NCBI GenBank assembly: GCA_000091165.1
Contig: FP565575.1
Coordinates: forward strand, 930,001 to 962,000
Length of the DNA stretch: 32,000 nt
DNA from: Candidatus Methylomirabilis oxygeniifera
GTDB taxonomy: Bacteria; Methylomirabilota; Methylomirabilia; Methylomirabilales; Methylomirabilaceae
Direction of reading: 5' to 3'
Shown here: in pieces, positions 1-7,880 of the stretch
Numbering within the stretch: the first letter of the stretch is position 1
Layout: the number at the start of each line of letters is the position of its first letter
Position numbers and translations under genes: made by a program
Notes under the pieces: model-generated
What the model was told of the DNA's origin: nothing
Seen by the model: the letters and a program-made list of their open reading frames with translations, nothing else
The model's database searches: none

Positions 1-164
1 TTGTCTCCTTGTGTGATTGTGATAAAGCCGGTTAACGCGGACTTCCTCGTTGCGGTGTAAGACCGTGGGTGGTAACGCCGACTGAGTATTGACATGTGGC
101 GCCTGTCCTCCTGGTGCAGGATGTCGCAGATACTTGCACATGGTCCCAGCTCCTGTCGGTTGAT

Positions 165-524
165 TCAGGCCGACCGCTTCAGTGGCAGATCCGGCATCTG
201 TGAGAAGCTGCTTTCAAGGTCGTGGTACAGTGCATAAACCTGAAGGAAGGGATTCCAATCGAATTGCGCCCGAAGTTCATCTTGAAGAGCGTACAGCCTG
301 AGGGTACCATCCTGCGCCTTGACCTCCTGGCGGATAGCCCCTAGGACGCCCAGCTCCGGGATGCCGAGCTCGTCAAGCCCGGTCAGGTTGATGACGACTT
401 TCACACCGTGGCGCCGCAGCAACGGCAAGAGGACCCGGTGTAACCGTGCCTCCTCGTTGTCTGCCGCCTTCCCATCAAGCCTGATGATCAGACTCCCTTT
501 GTGCTCCTTGATCCGGTATCGCAT
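165..524 (-). CDS. STAS-domain / anti-sigma factor antagonist-like small protein
   Basis: ORF 165..638 (-). Internal ATG at 522-524 has an upstream GAGGAG RBS; fold-like pattern 'LIIRLDGKAADNEE...VKVVINLTGLDELGIPELGVLGAI' resembles STAS. Confidence 0.6.
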   Translation of the reverse strand: MRYRIKEHKGSLIIRLDGKAADNEEARLHRVLLPLLRRHGVKVVINLTGLDELGIPELGVLGAIRQEVKAQDGTLRLYALQDELRAQFDWNPFLQVYALYHDLESSFSQMPDLPLKRSA

Positions 525-546
525 ATGCCACTCCTCTTTGTTATGG

Positions 547-765
547 TTACGCCGCCAGTCGTTGCCCGCCCATTGGTCGAATACTGATACGCAGTGCCTG
601 CTCTTCCCTGTTGTACGAAATTCGTTCGATGGTTCCATCGATGGGGCTCAGTACAAATTGATCATCGAAATATGGAGAGAGGCCTAACAGGTAGCCCCTC
701 TTTACCTCGCTCTTTGCGACCAGTCGGTTGTAAGAACTCCCATCAACCTTCAACGTAATCAGCAT
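547..765 (-). CDS. small conserved hypothetical protein (72 aa)
   Basis: ORF with a good AAGGAGG RBS (rc of 'catcctccttttt'); followed 22 nt later by the STAS-like gene, so probably an operon. Confidence 0.55.
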   Translation of the reverse strand: MLITLKVDGSSYNRLVAKSEVKRGYLLGLSPYFDDQFVLSPIDGTIERISYNREEQALRISIRPMGGQRLAA

Positions 766-801
766 GTCATCCTCCTTTTTGATGGCATCCTAACCGTGGC
801 T

Positions 802-848
802 TGTTACAACCATATGAAGGATCGATGACACGGAAGTAAATTCGAGAC
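802..848 (-). promoter_or_regulatory. divergent copy of a repeated upstream element (see 12672..12751 and 14989..15068)
   Basis: TGTTACAACCATATGAAGGATCGATGACACGGAAGTAAATTCGAGAC aligns without gaps to 15027..15073, about 34/47 matches by eye; lies 36 bp upstream of the minus-strand gene starting at 765. Confidence 0.4.
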
Positions 849-1121
849 CTCGGAGTAGCGATCTCAGTGAGAGCGGGAAGAGAAATAGTGTGAGAGCGGA
901 GCACACCGGGGCAAACCGCAGTATCAGGGGCAGCTATCCCGTGGTGCGGTCCGTTCCGGCTTCCACCGTCCTATACGATTTGCGGAAGAGTCTTAAATAG
1001 AAGAAATGTTACACCACTGCAACATCGCAGTAATCCGGGTGTAATTGTGGCCTGTTTTACTTAGGCCATGAGAATCGCTTGTCCGGAAGAGGGGAGAGTA
1101 GAAACACGGGGCGGTGAAGTG

Positions 1122-1364
1122 ATGTGCCCGTCATGCGGTTCAGAAGCCGTCAACAGGTACGGACGGGCATGGACCCAAAAGCAGCGGTTTCGATGCCTGA
1201 TATGCGGAAGACAGTTCACGCTTGGCAATCGAAACACCACACCTGCCAAGAGACCTTACTGCGGTAAGTGCGGTCGACCAATGCATATCTATAAACGGGA
1301 AGCGAATATTATCAGATTCAGGTGTTCCGGGTATCCGGACTGTCGGGGCTTTCACAAACAGTGA
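1122..1364 (+). CDS. small double zinc-ribbon protein (IS1 InsA/topoisomerase zinc-ribbon-like)
   Basis: ORF 1068..1364; motifs CPSC...CLIC and CGKC...CSGYPDC. Internal ATG at 1122 is the more likely start. Confidence 0.5.
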   Translation: MCPSCGSEAVNRYGRAWTQKQRFRCLICGRQFTLGNRNTTPAKRPYCGKCGRPMHIYKREANIIRFRCSGYPDCRGFHKQ

Positions 1365-1379
1365 GCGAGGAGGTGTGAC

Positions 1380-1751
1380 GTGAGTCACTATATCCACGAT
1401 ATACCGGGAAGGCTCAGGGTGAGGACGCCCGTGATCCAGCGCAATCCCCATCTTGCCCAGGAAGTCTACGGGCTGTTGGCGGTGCTTCGCGGAATAGAGA
1501 GCGTGACAGTCAAGGTCGTGACCGGGAGTATCGTGATTCACTATGACCACAAGGTGATCCGGTCGCGAGAGATTATTGCCGCCCTCACCCACGCCGGTTA
1601 TTTTGATCCGAAGAAGGCGATCACCCACGATGACTACCTGCATGACGCATGCGTCAAGACCGGCAAGATCGTGTGGAAGGCCTTCTTTGGGGCTTTTGTA
1701 GATACGGCACTTGAAGGGTCCGCGCTGTCGTTCATCGCAATTCTGATATAG
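1380..1751 (+). CDS. HMA_2-like (CxxC-less heavy-metal-associated fold) protein
   Basis: HDIPGRLRVRTP...GIESVTVKVVTGSIVIHYDHKVI pattern shared with the N-terminus of the 3056..6172 ATPase and with 6975..7481; C-terminal hydrophobic stretch. Confidence 0.7.
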   Translation: MSHYIHDIPGRLRVRTPVIQRNPHLAQEVYGLLAVLRGIESVTVKVVTGSIVIHYDHKVIRSREIIAALTHAGYFDPKKAITHDDYLHDACVKTGKIVWKAFFGAFVDTALEGSALSFIAILI

Positions 1752-1800
1752 CAATTCCCCACATTGCCTTCTCCCGTTGCATCGCGCAGCGGTATTCCTA

Positions 1801-3009
1801 TCAGCCTTGCAGGGCACTGACCTTATCGGTGACCTCCCATGGAAGTCCGATGTCCATCCGTCCCACATGTCCATATGCAGCCAACTTCCTGTAAAACCCA
1901 CCTTTGATCAGGGATGGCAGATAGCGCAGGTTGAACTGCCTCATGATCCCAACGATCCGAAAATCGACATGGTTCTCAAGGAGCTGGGCGATCCGGGCGT
2001 CCGGCAGCTTGCCTGTGCCGAATGTCTCCACCTGCACGCTGACGGGTCGTGACAGGCCGATAGAGTAGCTTAACTGGACCTCACATTCCCGTGCTAGCCC
2101 GGCGGCAACCACGTTCTTGGCCGCATAGCGGGCGATGTACGCGCCGATACGGTCGATCCGCATGGGATCCTTCCCGCTCAGCGCCGCACCACTGTGTCGT
2201 GAATACTCCCCATAGGTGTCGATGGCATTCTTTCTGCCGGTCAGTCCGGAATGGATGGACGGTCCGCCGACGACAAACGGACCGTCCGGATTGACGAAGA
2301 TCCTGGTCTTGTCGTCCGGCTTGATCTCCGCTTCCTGTAGGATCGGGTGGATGACCATCTCTTTAAGATCCTGTTCCAGTCTTTTTAGATCGGGACCGCC
2401 GGCTGTCGAGGGTCTGCCCTGACTGGCAATCAGCGTGATGCTGTGTATCCTGTACGGCCTACGATCTCTGTACTCAACGCCGACCTGCGTCTTGCCGTCC
2501 GGAGCGAGATAGGGTAGGAGCTTTTGGAGCCTCACGGAGGTCAGCCGCCGGGCCAGCCGATGGGCCAGCCAGATGGGAAGCGGCATGAGGGCAGAGGTCT
2601 GATCGCATGCATAGCCGAAGACGGTCACCTGATTTCTTACCGGAATCCGCTCGATCTCTTCGTCTGACAGATACCGTTCGTCGAACGAGTCGGACTCCTC
2701 AGTGGGTAACTCCTTCAGACTGGTCAGAATGCTGCAGGTCTTGGCATTGAAGGAGTGGTCCGCGTACCCGACCTGGTTGATCACCTGTCTGGCGATGTTG
2801 GCGAAGTCGATAGAGACATTGGTAGAAAACCTGGCTGCAATAAATACAATGGCGGTTGAAACCGCGCATTCAGCGATCACCCGTGAACAGGGATCCCGTT
2901 GAAGGATATGATCCACGATGGCATCACTGATCTGATCGCACAGTTTATCGGGGTGTCCCTCTGTCACCGATTCGGAGGTAAACATAAAGTCAGCCTTCAT
3001 GTGCGTCAC
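1801..3009 (-). CDS. metK: divergent S-adenosylmethionine synthetase (MetK family)
   Basis: FTSESVTEGHPDKLCDQISDAIVD, GGPSIHSGLTGRKNAIDTYG, SGKDPMRIDRIGAYIARYAAKNVVAAGLA. Start may be GTG 3009 or ATG 3000. The GAGDQG signature is not conserved. Confidence 0.85.
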   Translation of the reverse strand: MTHMKADFMFTSESVTEGHPDKLCDQISDAIVDHILQRDPCSRVIAECAVSTAIVFIAARFSTNVSIDFANIARQVINQVGYADHSFNAKTCSILTSLKELPTEESDSFDERYLSDEEIERIPVRNQVTVFGYACDQTSALMPLPIWLAHRLARRLTSVRLQKLLPYLAPDGKTQVGVEYRDRRPYRIHSITLIASQGRPSTAGGPDLKRLEQDLKEMVIHPILQEAEIKPDDKTRIFVNPDGPFVVGGPSIHSGLTGRKNAIDTYGEYSRHSGAALSGKDPMRIDRIGAYIARYAAKNVVAAGLARECEVQLSYSIGLSRPVSVQVETFGTGKLPDARIAQLLENHVDFRIVGIMRQFNLRYLPSLIKGGFYRKLAAYGHVGRMDIGLPWEVTDKVSALQG

Positions 3010-3054
3010 CTCGTATGGCGAATGTACCGTCCCAAAAGTCTCTTTGCTTTGATT

Positions 3055-3120
3055 GTCATTCCGAGCTTGACCCGGAATCCAGGCCTTCTACTCTGGATTC
3101 CCGCTTTCGCGGGAATGACG
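3055..3120. repeat. dispersed 'FPRKRES'-type palindromic intergenic repeat
   Basis: GTCATTCCGAGCTTGACCCGGAATCCAGG...CTGGATTCCCGCTTTCGCGGGAATGAC: nested inverted repeats (GTCATTCC/GGGAATGAC, GGAATCCA/TGGATTCC, CCCGC/GCGGG). Confidence 0.85.
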
Positions 3121-6100
3121 ACCCCGGAAATGAATGTACAGAAGCATCGGATACACACACTATTGCCGGACCCGTTGTGGTGTGGTTGTTTGTCGTTGGG
3201 TGTATGCGAAGCTTGGTGGCCTCGTTGACCAGGAATGGGATCAGTGCGCCTCCTCCTACTACAAGCGCGTCTACCACCCCGAGAGGCGCAATACTCAGGA
3301 GACTGCGGAGTCCTGGAACTGTCAGTGTAGCGGCCTGAACGGCAAACGATCCGCCCAGTGCAAGCTGGAGGTATCGGTTGGGGGGGAGCGGAGTCCGGGC
3401 AGCCGGCGGATCATAGATCGTGTGTCTTTCTGAGCGGCAACTGAGGGCGTGCAGGAGCTGTCCCAGGACCAGGGTCACAAAGGCCATCGTGCCGGCCTGC
3501 GGCCCCATGCCGTATCTCAGGATACCATAGGTATAGGCCCCCATCGAACCCGCCGAGATCACGCCGGCCTCGTACGCGATCCTCTTCAGGTCGGCAGTGC
3601 TCAGGATCGGTTCGTGTGGATTTCGGGGTGGGCGACTCAACACATCAGGTTCGGGTGGCTCAAGGGCCAGCGCCAAGCCCGGGAAGATATCCGAGATCAG
3701 ATTGATCCACAAAAGCTGCATGGGGTTGAGCGGTTCACCCAGTCCCACCGTCATAGCGGCCGACATGACGAGCAGCTCGCTCGCGTTTGTGGCCAGGAGA
3801 AAATGGACCGCCTTTCTGATGTTGTTGTAGGTCGTCCTGCCATGGCTGATGGCCACGATCATCGTTTCAAGATCGTCGTTTTCCAGCACCACATCCGCCA
3901 CCTCCCTGGCGACATCCGTACCGGCGTGGCCCATCGCGATCCCGATATCTGCGGCCTTCAGAGCCGGTCCATCATTGATGCCGTCGCCGGTCATGGCCAC
4001 GACCCTGCCGGCTCGCTGAAGCGCCTGGACGATCTGCAGCTTATTGGCAGGGCTGACCCTCGAAAACACGTGGACCTTTTTTGAGAGCGCCTCCATGACC
4101 TGAGGATCCACGGTTGCCAAGTGGGTCGAGTCCAGGATTTCAAGCGACCCATTTCCGCCCAGATTCAACGACTTGCCGATGGCGTAGGCCGTAGGACTCT
4201 GATCTCCGGTGATCATGACGGTATCGATCCCAGCCTGGTGAAACCGGGGAATCAACTCCTTGACGCCGTTCCTGATCGGATCAGCCATGCCGACCAACCC
4301 GAGCCAGATCAATCCATGTCCGACATGACCCCCGTCCTCCGCATGATCCTGGTGGGCGTATGCGAGCCCCAGGACTCTAAGTGAATCACCGGCCATGCGT
4401 TCATTTTCGTTCTCAATCGTTGCGCGTATCTCCTCGGAGAGGGGAATCTGTTGACCGTCTTTCAGGTACCACTGACACATGTCCAGGACCTCTCGAGGAC
4501 TGCCCTTGACAGCCAACAGTCGTGACGGGGAATCCGACCGGTGCAGCGTCGTCATGTAGTTCCGATTTTCGGAGCGTTGGGTCATCTTGAGCAGCGGATA
4601 CCGCTCCCGGATTTTCAGGACATCGATCCCTGCGCTGACGGCCAGATGGACCAGGGCGTTCTCTGTGGGCGAGCCTGTCAGCACGCACTCCTCCCCGAGA
4701 TGACTCACGACGGTTTCGTTGCACAGCACCGAGGCATGAACCAATCTCAGGAGCTCGTCGCAGGTGAATGGGTTGATCGTGACCTCTCCTGAGACGAACC
4801 TCCCCTCTGTGATCGTGATAGTCTGCAGACTTGTGTGGATGGCCACCACCGACATCCGGTTCATGGTGATGGTTCCGGTCTTGTCCAGACAGATCGTCTG
4901 GACCGATCCGAGGGTCTCTACGGCATGAAGATATCGGATCAGGACATGATGTCGCCTCATGCTCCTGATTCCCAACGCCAGCGTCGTCGTGGCGACAGTG
5001 GACAGGCCTTCAGGGACGGCCGCCACTGCCAGTGAAATGGCGATCTTGAACATCCGGACAAAGCCGTATCCGCGGAGCAGGCCGATGACAAAGACCAGCA
5101 CGCAGGCCAAACCGCCAAGCCACACCGAGTGGTTGCCGATCTGTCTGAGCCGCCTTTCCATGGGGGTCTCGGGCGGTACCGCCTCGCCGGTCAGGATCTG
5201 AATCTGTCCCATCTCTGTCACGCCCCCGGTGGCGACCACCACAGCCAGCCCTTCGCCTCCCGTCACCAGGGTTCCCATATAGACCATGTTGATCCGATCG
5301 GCCAGCGGGACGGCGGCCGCAAGGATCGATTCCGCGGTCTTGAGCGCAGGCATATTCTCGCCGGTCAGCGCCGACTCATCCACATACAGATATCGGCTGT
5401 CCACGATCCTGGCATCCGCCGCAACGTAGCTTCCGGGTCTGAGTGCCAGGAGATCCCCAATGACGACCTCCTCTGCGCGAATGGTGAGGAGAGCGCCGTC
5501 CCGGATGACTGCCGCAGAAGGGGTCACCAGTTTCTTGAGGGAATGGAGCGTGTCCTCAGTTTGACTTTCGGTGACATACCCAATCGTGGCATTGATGCAT
5601 ACGACTCCAAGGATGACCAGCGCATCGGCAACCCCACCGGTCACAAACGAGAGCGCGGCGGCTGCCGCAAGGAGGGCGACAGGCAGCGAGGCAAACTGAT
5701 CGATCAGGATACCGAATCGTGATCGACGGAGCGCCTCAGGCAAGACATTCGGACCATATTGCGTGAGGCGTTCCCGCACTGATTCTTCAGATAGCCCTGA
5801 TCGTGTCGCACTCAGAATCGTAAGCGCCGAATCGATTTCGAGGGCGTGCCATGGGTGAACCGCCCGTCTTTCGACGGGAGACGTGGGAGAGGTGGCGGGT
5901 CTTGCCGTATGAGGGAGACGCTTACCGTTGAACGGCTGGTCGCTATACTCTGAAACGATACCCCTGATAAGGACGGTGACCGTCTTGGTGGTGTGGTCCG
6001 AATTGAAGACGATCAGGAGATTTCCGGTCAGGACGCTTGCCGAGGCATTCTTGATCCCCTTGACCTGATGGAGGCGGGACTCGAGGTATCCTTTGAGCAT

Positions 6101-6172
6101 CTGAGAGCGGTAGAGACCGCTGACTCGTAGCCTGATCCTCCCCTTCACCTGATTGTGTACGGCCTGAACCAC
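3056..6172 (-). CDS. P2-type cation-transporting ATPase with N-terminal HMA_2-like domain
   Basis: AVAAVPEGLSTVATTTLALG, ICLDKTGTITMNR, VAMTGDGINDGPALKAADIGIAMG, PMQLLWINLISDIFPGLAL; N-terminal VKGRIRLRVSGL...GIKNASASVLTGNLLIVF; GTG start with GAGG RBS. Confidence 0.93.
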   Translation of the reverse strand: MVQAVHNQVKGRIRLRVSGLYRSQMLKGYLESRLHQVKGIKNASASVLTGNLLIVFNSDHTTKTVTVLIRGIVSEYSDQPFNGKRLPHTARPATSPTSPVERRAVHPWHALEIDSALTILSATRSGLSEESVRERLTQYGPNVLPEALRRSRFGILIDQFASLPVALLAAAAALSFVTGGVADALVILGVVCINATIGYVTESQTEDTLHSLKKLVTPSAAVIRDGALLTIRAEEVVIGDLLALRPGSYVAADARIVDSRYLYVDESALTGENMPALKTAESILAAAVPLADRINMVYMGTLVTGGEGLAVVVATGGVTEMGQIQILTGEAVPPETPMERRLRQIGNHSVWLGGLACVLVFVIGLLRGYGFVRMFKIAISLAVAAVPEGLSTVATTTLALGIRSMRRHHVLIRYLHAVETLGSVQTICLDKTGTITMNRMSVVAIHTSLQTITITEGRFVSGEVTINPFTCDELLRLVHASVLCNETVVSHLGEECVLTGSPTENALVHLAVSAGIDVLKIRERYPLLKMTQRSENRNYMTTLHRSDSPSRLLAVKGSPREVLDMCQWYLKDGQQIPLSEEIRATIENENERMAGDSLRVLGLAYAHQDHAEDGGHVGHGLIWLGLVGMADPIRNGVKELIPRFHQAGIDTVMITGDQSPTAYAIGKSLNLGGNGSLEILDSTHLATVDPQVMEALSKKVHVFSRVSPANKLQIVQALQRAGRVVAMTGDGINDGPALKAADIGIAMGHAGTDVAREVADVVLENDDLETMIVAISHGRTTYNNIRKAVHFLLATNASELLVMSAAMTVGLGEPLNPMQLLWINLISDIFPGLALALEPPEPDVLSRPPRNPHEPILSTADLKRIAYEAGVISAGSMGAYTYGILRYGMGPQAGTMAFVTLVLGQLLHALSCRSERHTIYDPPAARTPLPPNRYLQLALGGSFAVQAATLTVPGLRSLLSIAPLGVVDALVVGGGALIPFLVNEATKLRIHPTTNNHTTTGPAIVCVSDASVHSFPGSSFPRKRESRVEGLDSGSSSE

Positions 6173-6251
6173 AAGGAGACCTCTAAAAGAAGCCGTCCTG
6201 ATCGAAGGCAGGGGCAGGTGTCAATCAGGACGGCTTTTGGTGGCGTGAGTA

Positions 6252-6953
6252 TTACTTGCTTCGTATGCGACCCTTGGGGACGGTCGATGATTCCAGAGGC
6301 TCGGCAGGTGCCGGTGACTTGGCTGGTGATGGTGGGGTCGGCACGCTCGCGCCGGATCTCGGGAGCGCTGCGCTTGCGACCTCCTTGACGCCCTCGACAA
6401 CGCCCAGCAGGATATCTTTCACAGTCCTGACGGCAGTCTGCCCGATGCTGCCCGCTGCCTCGATGGCTCCGGTTACGGCTACTCCGGCAGCCTTCTCCAC
6501 GTTGCCGCCTGTCTCTTTGACCGCATCAACCACGCCGTCTACAGCGCTTCTGGCCACGAGGCCGATGTCGGCCCCGATCTCGGCGGCGCCGGACACGGCG
6601 GCCTTTACGGTCTGACCGGCAACGCTCATCGCATCGCCTCCTACATCACCAACCCCCATGATGACCCCTTTGGCGACACTTCTGGTGCTCATGACCAGAC
6701 CTGTACCGACCTCCTCTGTGGCCTGGATCGCACCCTTGACGACATCACGTGTAAGGCCGATAGCCTCACCGGCCACTCCCCCCGTCGCCCTGAGGGTCTG
6801 AGAAACAGTATTTCGCACTAGACTGACGATTTCGGCTTCGATCTCATTAATCCCCTTCAGACTCGAGACGATCCCGTCCTTCACTGTTGTACCGGCTTTC
6901 CCGATCGGTTCAGATATACCTGATCCACCCTTTTCACCCTCTTCGATAACCAT
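6252..6953 (-). CDS. amphipathic 22-residue-repeat protein (phasin/LEA/apolipoprotein-like)
   Basis: Complete ORF within the cluster; tandem 22-aa repeats over residues about 48-179. Confidence 0.7.
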   Translation of the reverse strand: MVIEEGEKGGSGISEPIGKAGTTVKDGIVSSLKGINEIEAEIVSLVRNTVSQTLRATGGVAGEAIGLTRDVVKGAIQATEEVGTGLVMSTRSVAKGVIMGVGDVGGDAMSVAGQTVKAAVSGAAEIGADIGLVARSAVDGVVDAVKETGGNVEKAAGVAVTGAIEAAGSIGQTAVRTVKDILLGVVEGVKEVASAALPRSGASVPTPPSPAKSPAPAEPLESSTVPKGRIRSK

Positions 6954-6974
6954 CGCTAATCTCCTTCACGGTTG

Positions 6975-7481
6975 TTATTCGCCACCGGCCGCTGTGTCAC
7001 GTTGCCGTTCCTTCATGAGGCTGTGGGCATACCACAGCGCCGTTATGGCAGGCATCATGATATGGCCCCTCGTCAGTTGAATAATCGCGACGCCAACGAA
7101 TCCCAGTATGGCAAGCATCCTGAAATCGATGTCGCTACTCGCGCGGCCACCGACCTCTCCATTGACTTCTCGCGGGGATTGCTTGCGAATCACGGACGCA
7201 GACGTCTGGTTAGGAGGGGATACCTTCAGGCGAAACAGGTTATTGAATTCGCTGTACTGCGCAACCATCTCAAGGTCTGTAGCTTGCAGGTCCAAGGTAT
7301 GAAGGACAAGTATGCTCCCTGTCATGGGATTCGCCTCGATCCTCTGAATCCCTGGTAGTTCAGATAACCCCGCCAGCTTTTCCTTTAACGAAGCAAAATA
7401 GGTCGAATCGCCCTTCCTGTCAGGGATCTTGATCCTGACCCTTCCTTGAGTCGCATGAGTAATGTAGGCATCCGGAAGCAT
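6975..7481 (-). CDS. HMA_2-like domain protein with C-terminal hydrophobic segment
   Basis: Start at internal ATG 7479-7481: MLPDAYITHATQGRVRIKIPDRKGD...LPGIQRIEANPMTGSILVLH; the upstream part of ORF 6975..7631 overlaps the preceding gene. Confidence 0.7.
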   Translation of the reverse strand: MLPDAYITHATQGRVRIKIPDRKGDSTYFASLKEKLAGLSELPGIQRIEANPMTGSILVLHTLDLQATDLEMVAQYSEFNNLFRLKVSPPNQTSASVIRKQSPREVNGEVGGRASSDIDFRMLAILGFVGVAIIQLTRGHIMMPAITALWYAHSLMKERQRDTAAGGE

Positions 7482-7494
7482 CACGCCCCTACCT

Positions 7495-7785
7495 TTACGC
7501 TTCAGGTCGAGCGGGATCTGATACCACAGACCCGGTTTCTGTTGGAGCTTGAGCCAATTCCGCCTTCGCCTCCGCCGCCAGGTCCTCGATGACCTCTCCT
7601 GCCTCAGCAACCGCCTCCTGACCCTTTTCATAGAGCAAGATGCCGCCTTTAATTGTGGCCTTCAGCAGGGGCTTGACGATGGCCGCAGCCAGCGGGATCA
7701 CGACAGGGGCCAAAATAGACGCGCCGATACCAATGGCCAACCCTGTCACCACGTTTCCCTTCAGCCCATTATCTAACAATCCCAT
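7495..7785 (-). CDS. DUF5132-like small membrane protein
   Basis: GLAIGIGASILAPVVIPLAAAIVKPLLKATIKGGILLYEKGQEAVAEAGEVIEDLAAEAKAEL; ATG preceded by AGGAGG. Confidence 0.65.
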   Translation of the reverse strand: MGLLDNGLKGNVVTGLAIGIGASILAPVVIPLAAAIVKPLLKATIKGGILLYEKGQEAVAEAGEVIEDLAAEAKAELAQAPTETGSVVSDPARPEA

Positions 7786-7880
7786 GACGATCCTCCTTTT
7801 CCATGTGTTCGGCCATACAATCGTTAGATAATGATAGGCTTCCAGGGGTGGCTATGTAAACATGCTCGTTCATTACTTAC

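Noticed and set aside
3449-5722. Plus-strand ORFs (3449..4084, 4121..4384, 5129..5722 and others) opposite the P-type ATPase
   Set aside because: High-GC antisense ORFs lacking recognisable domains or RBS; explained by codon bias of the clearly conserved minus-strand ATPase.
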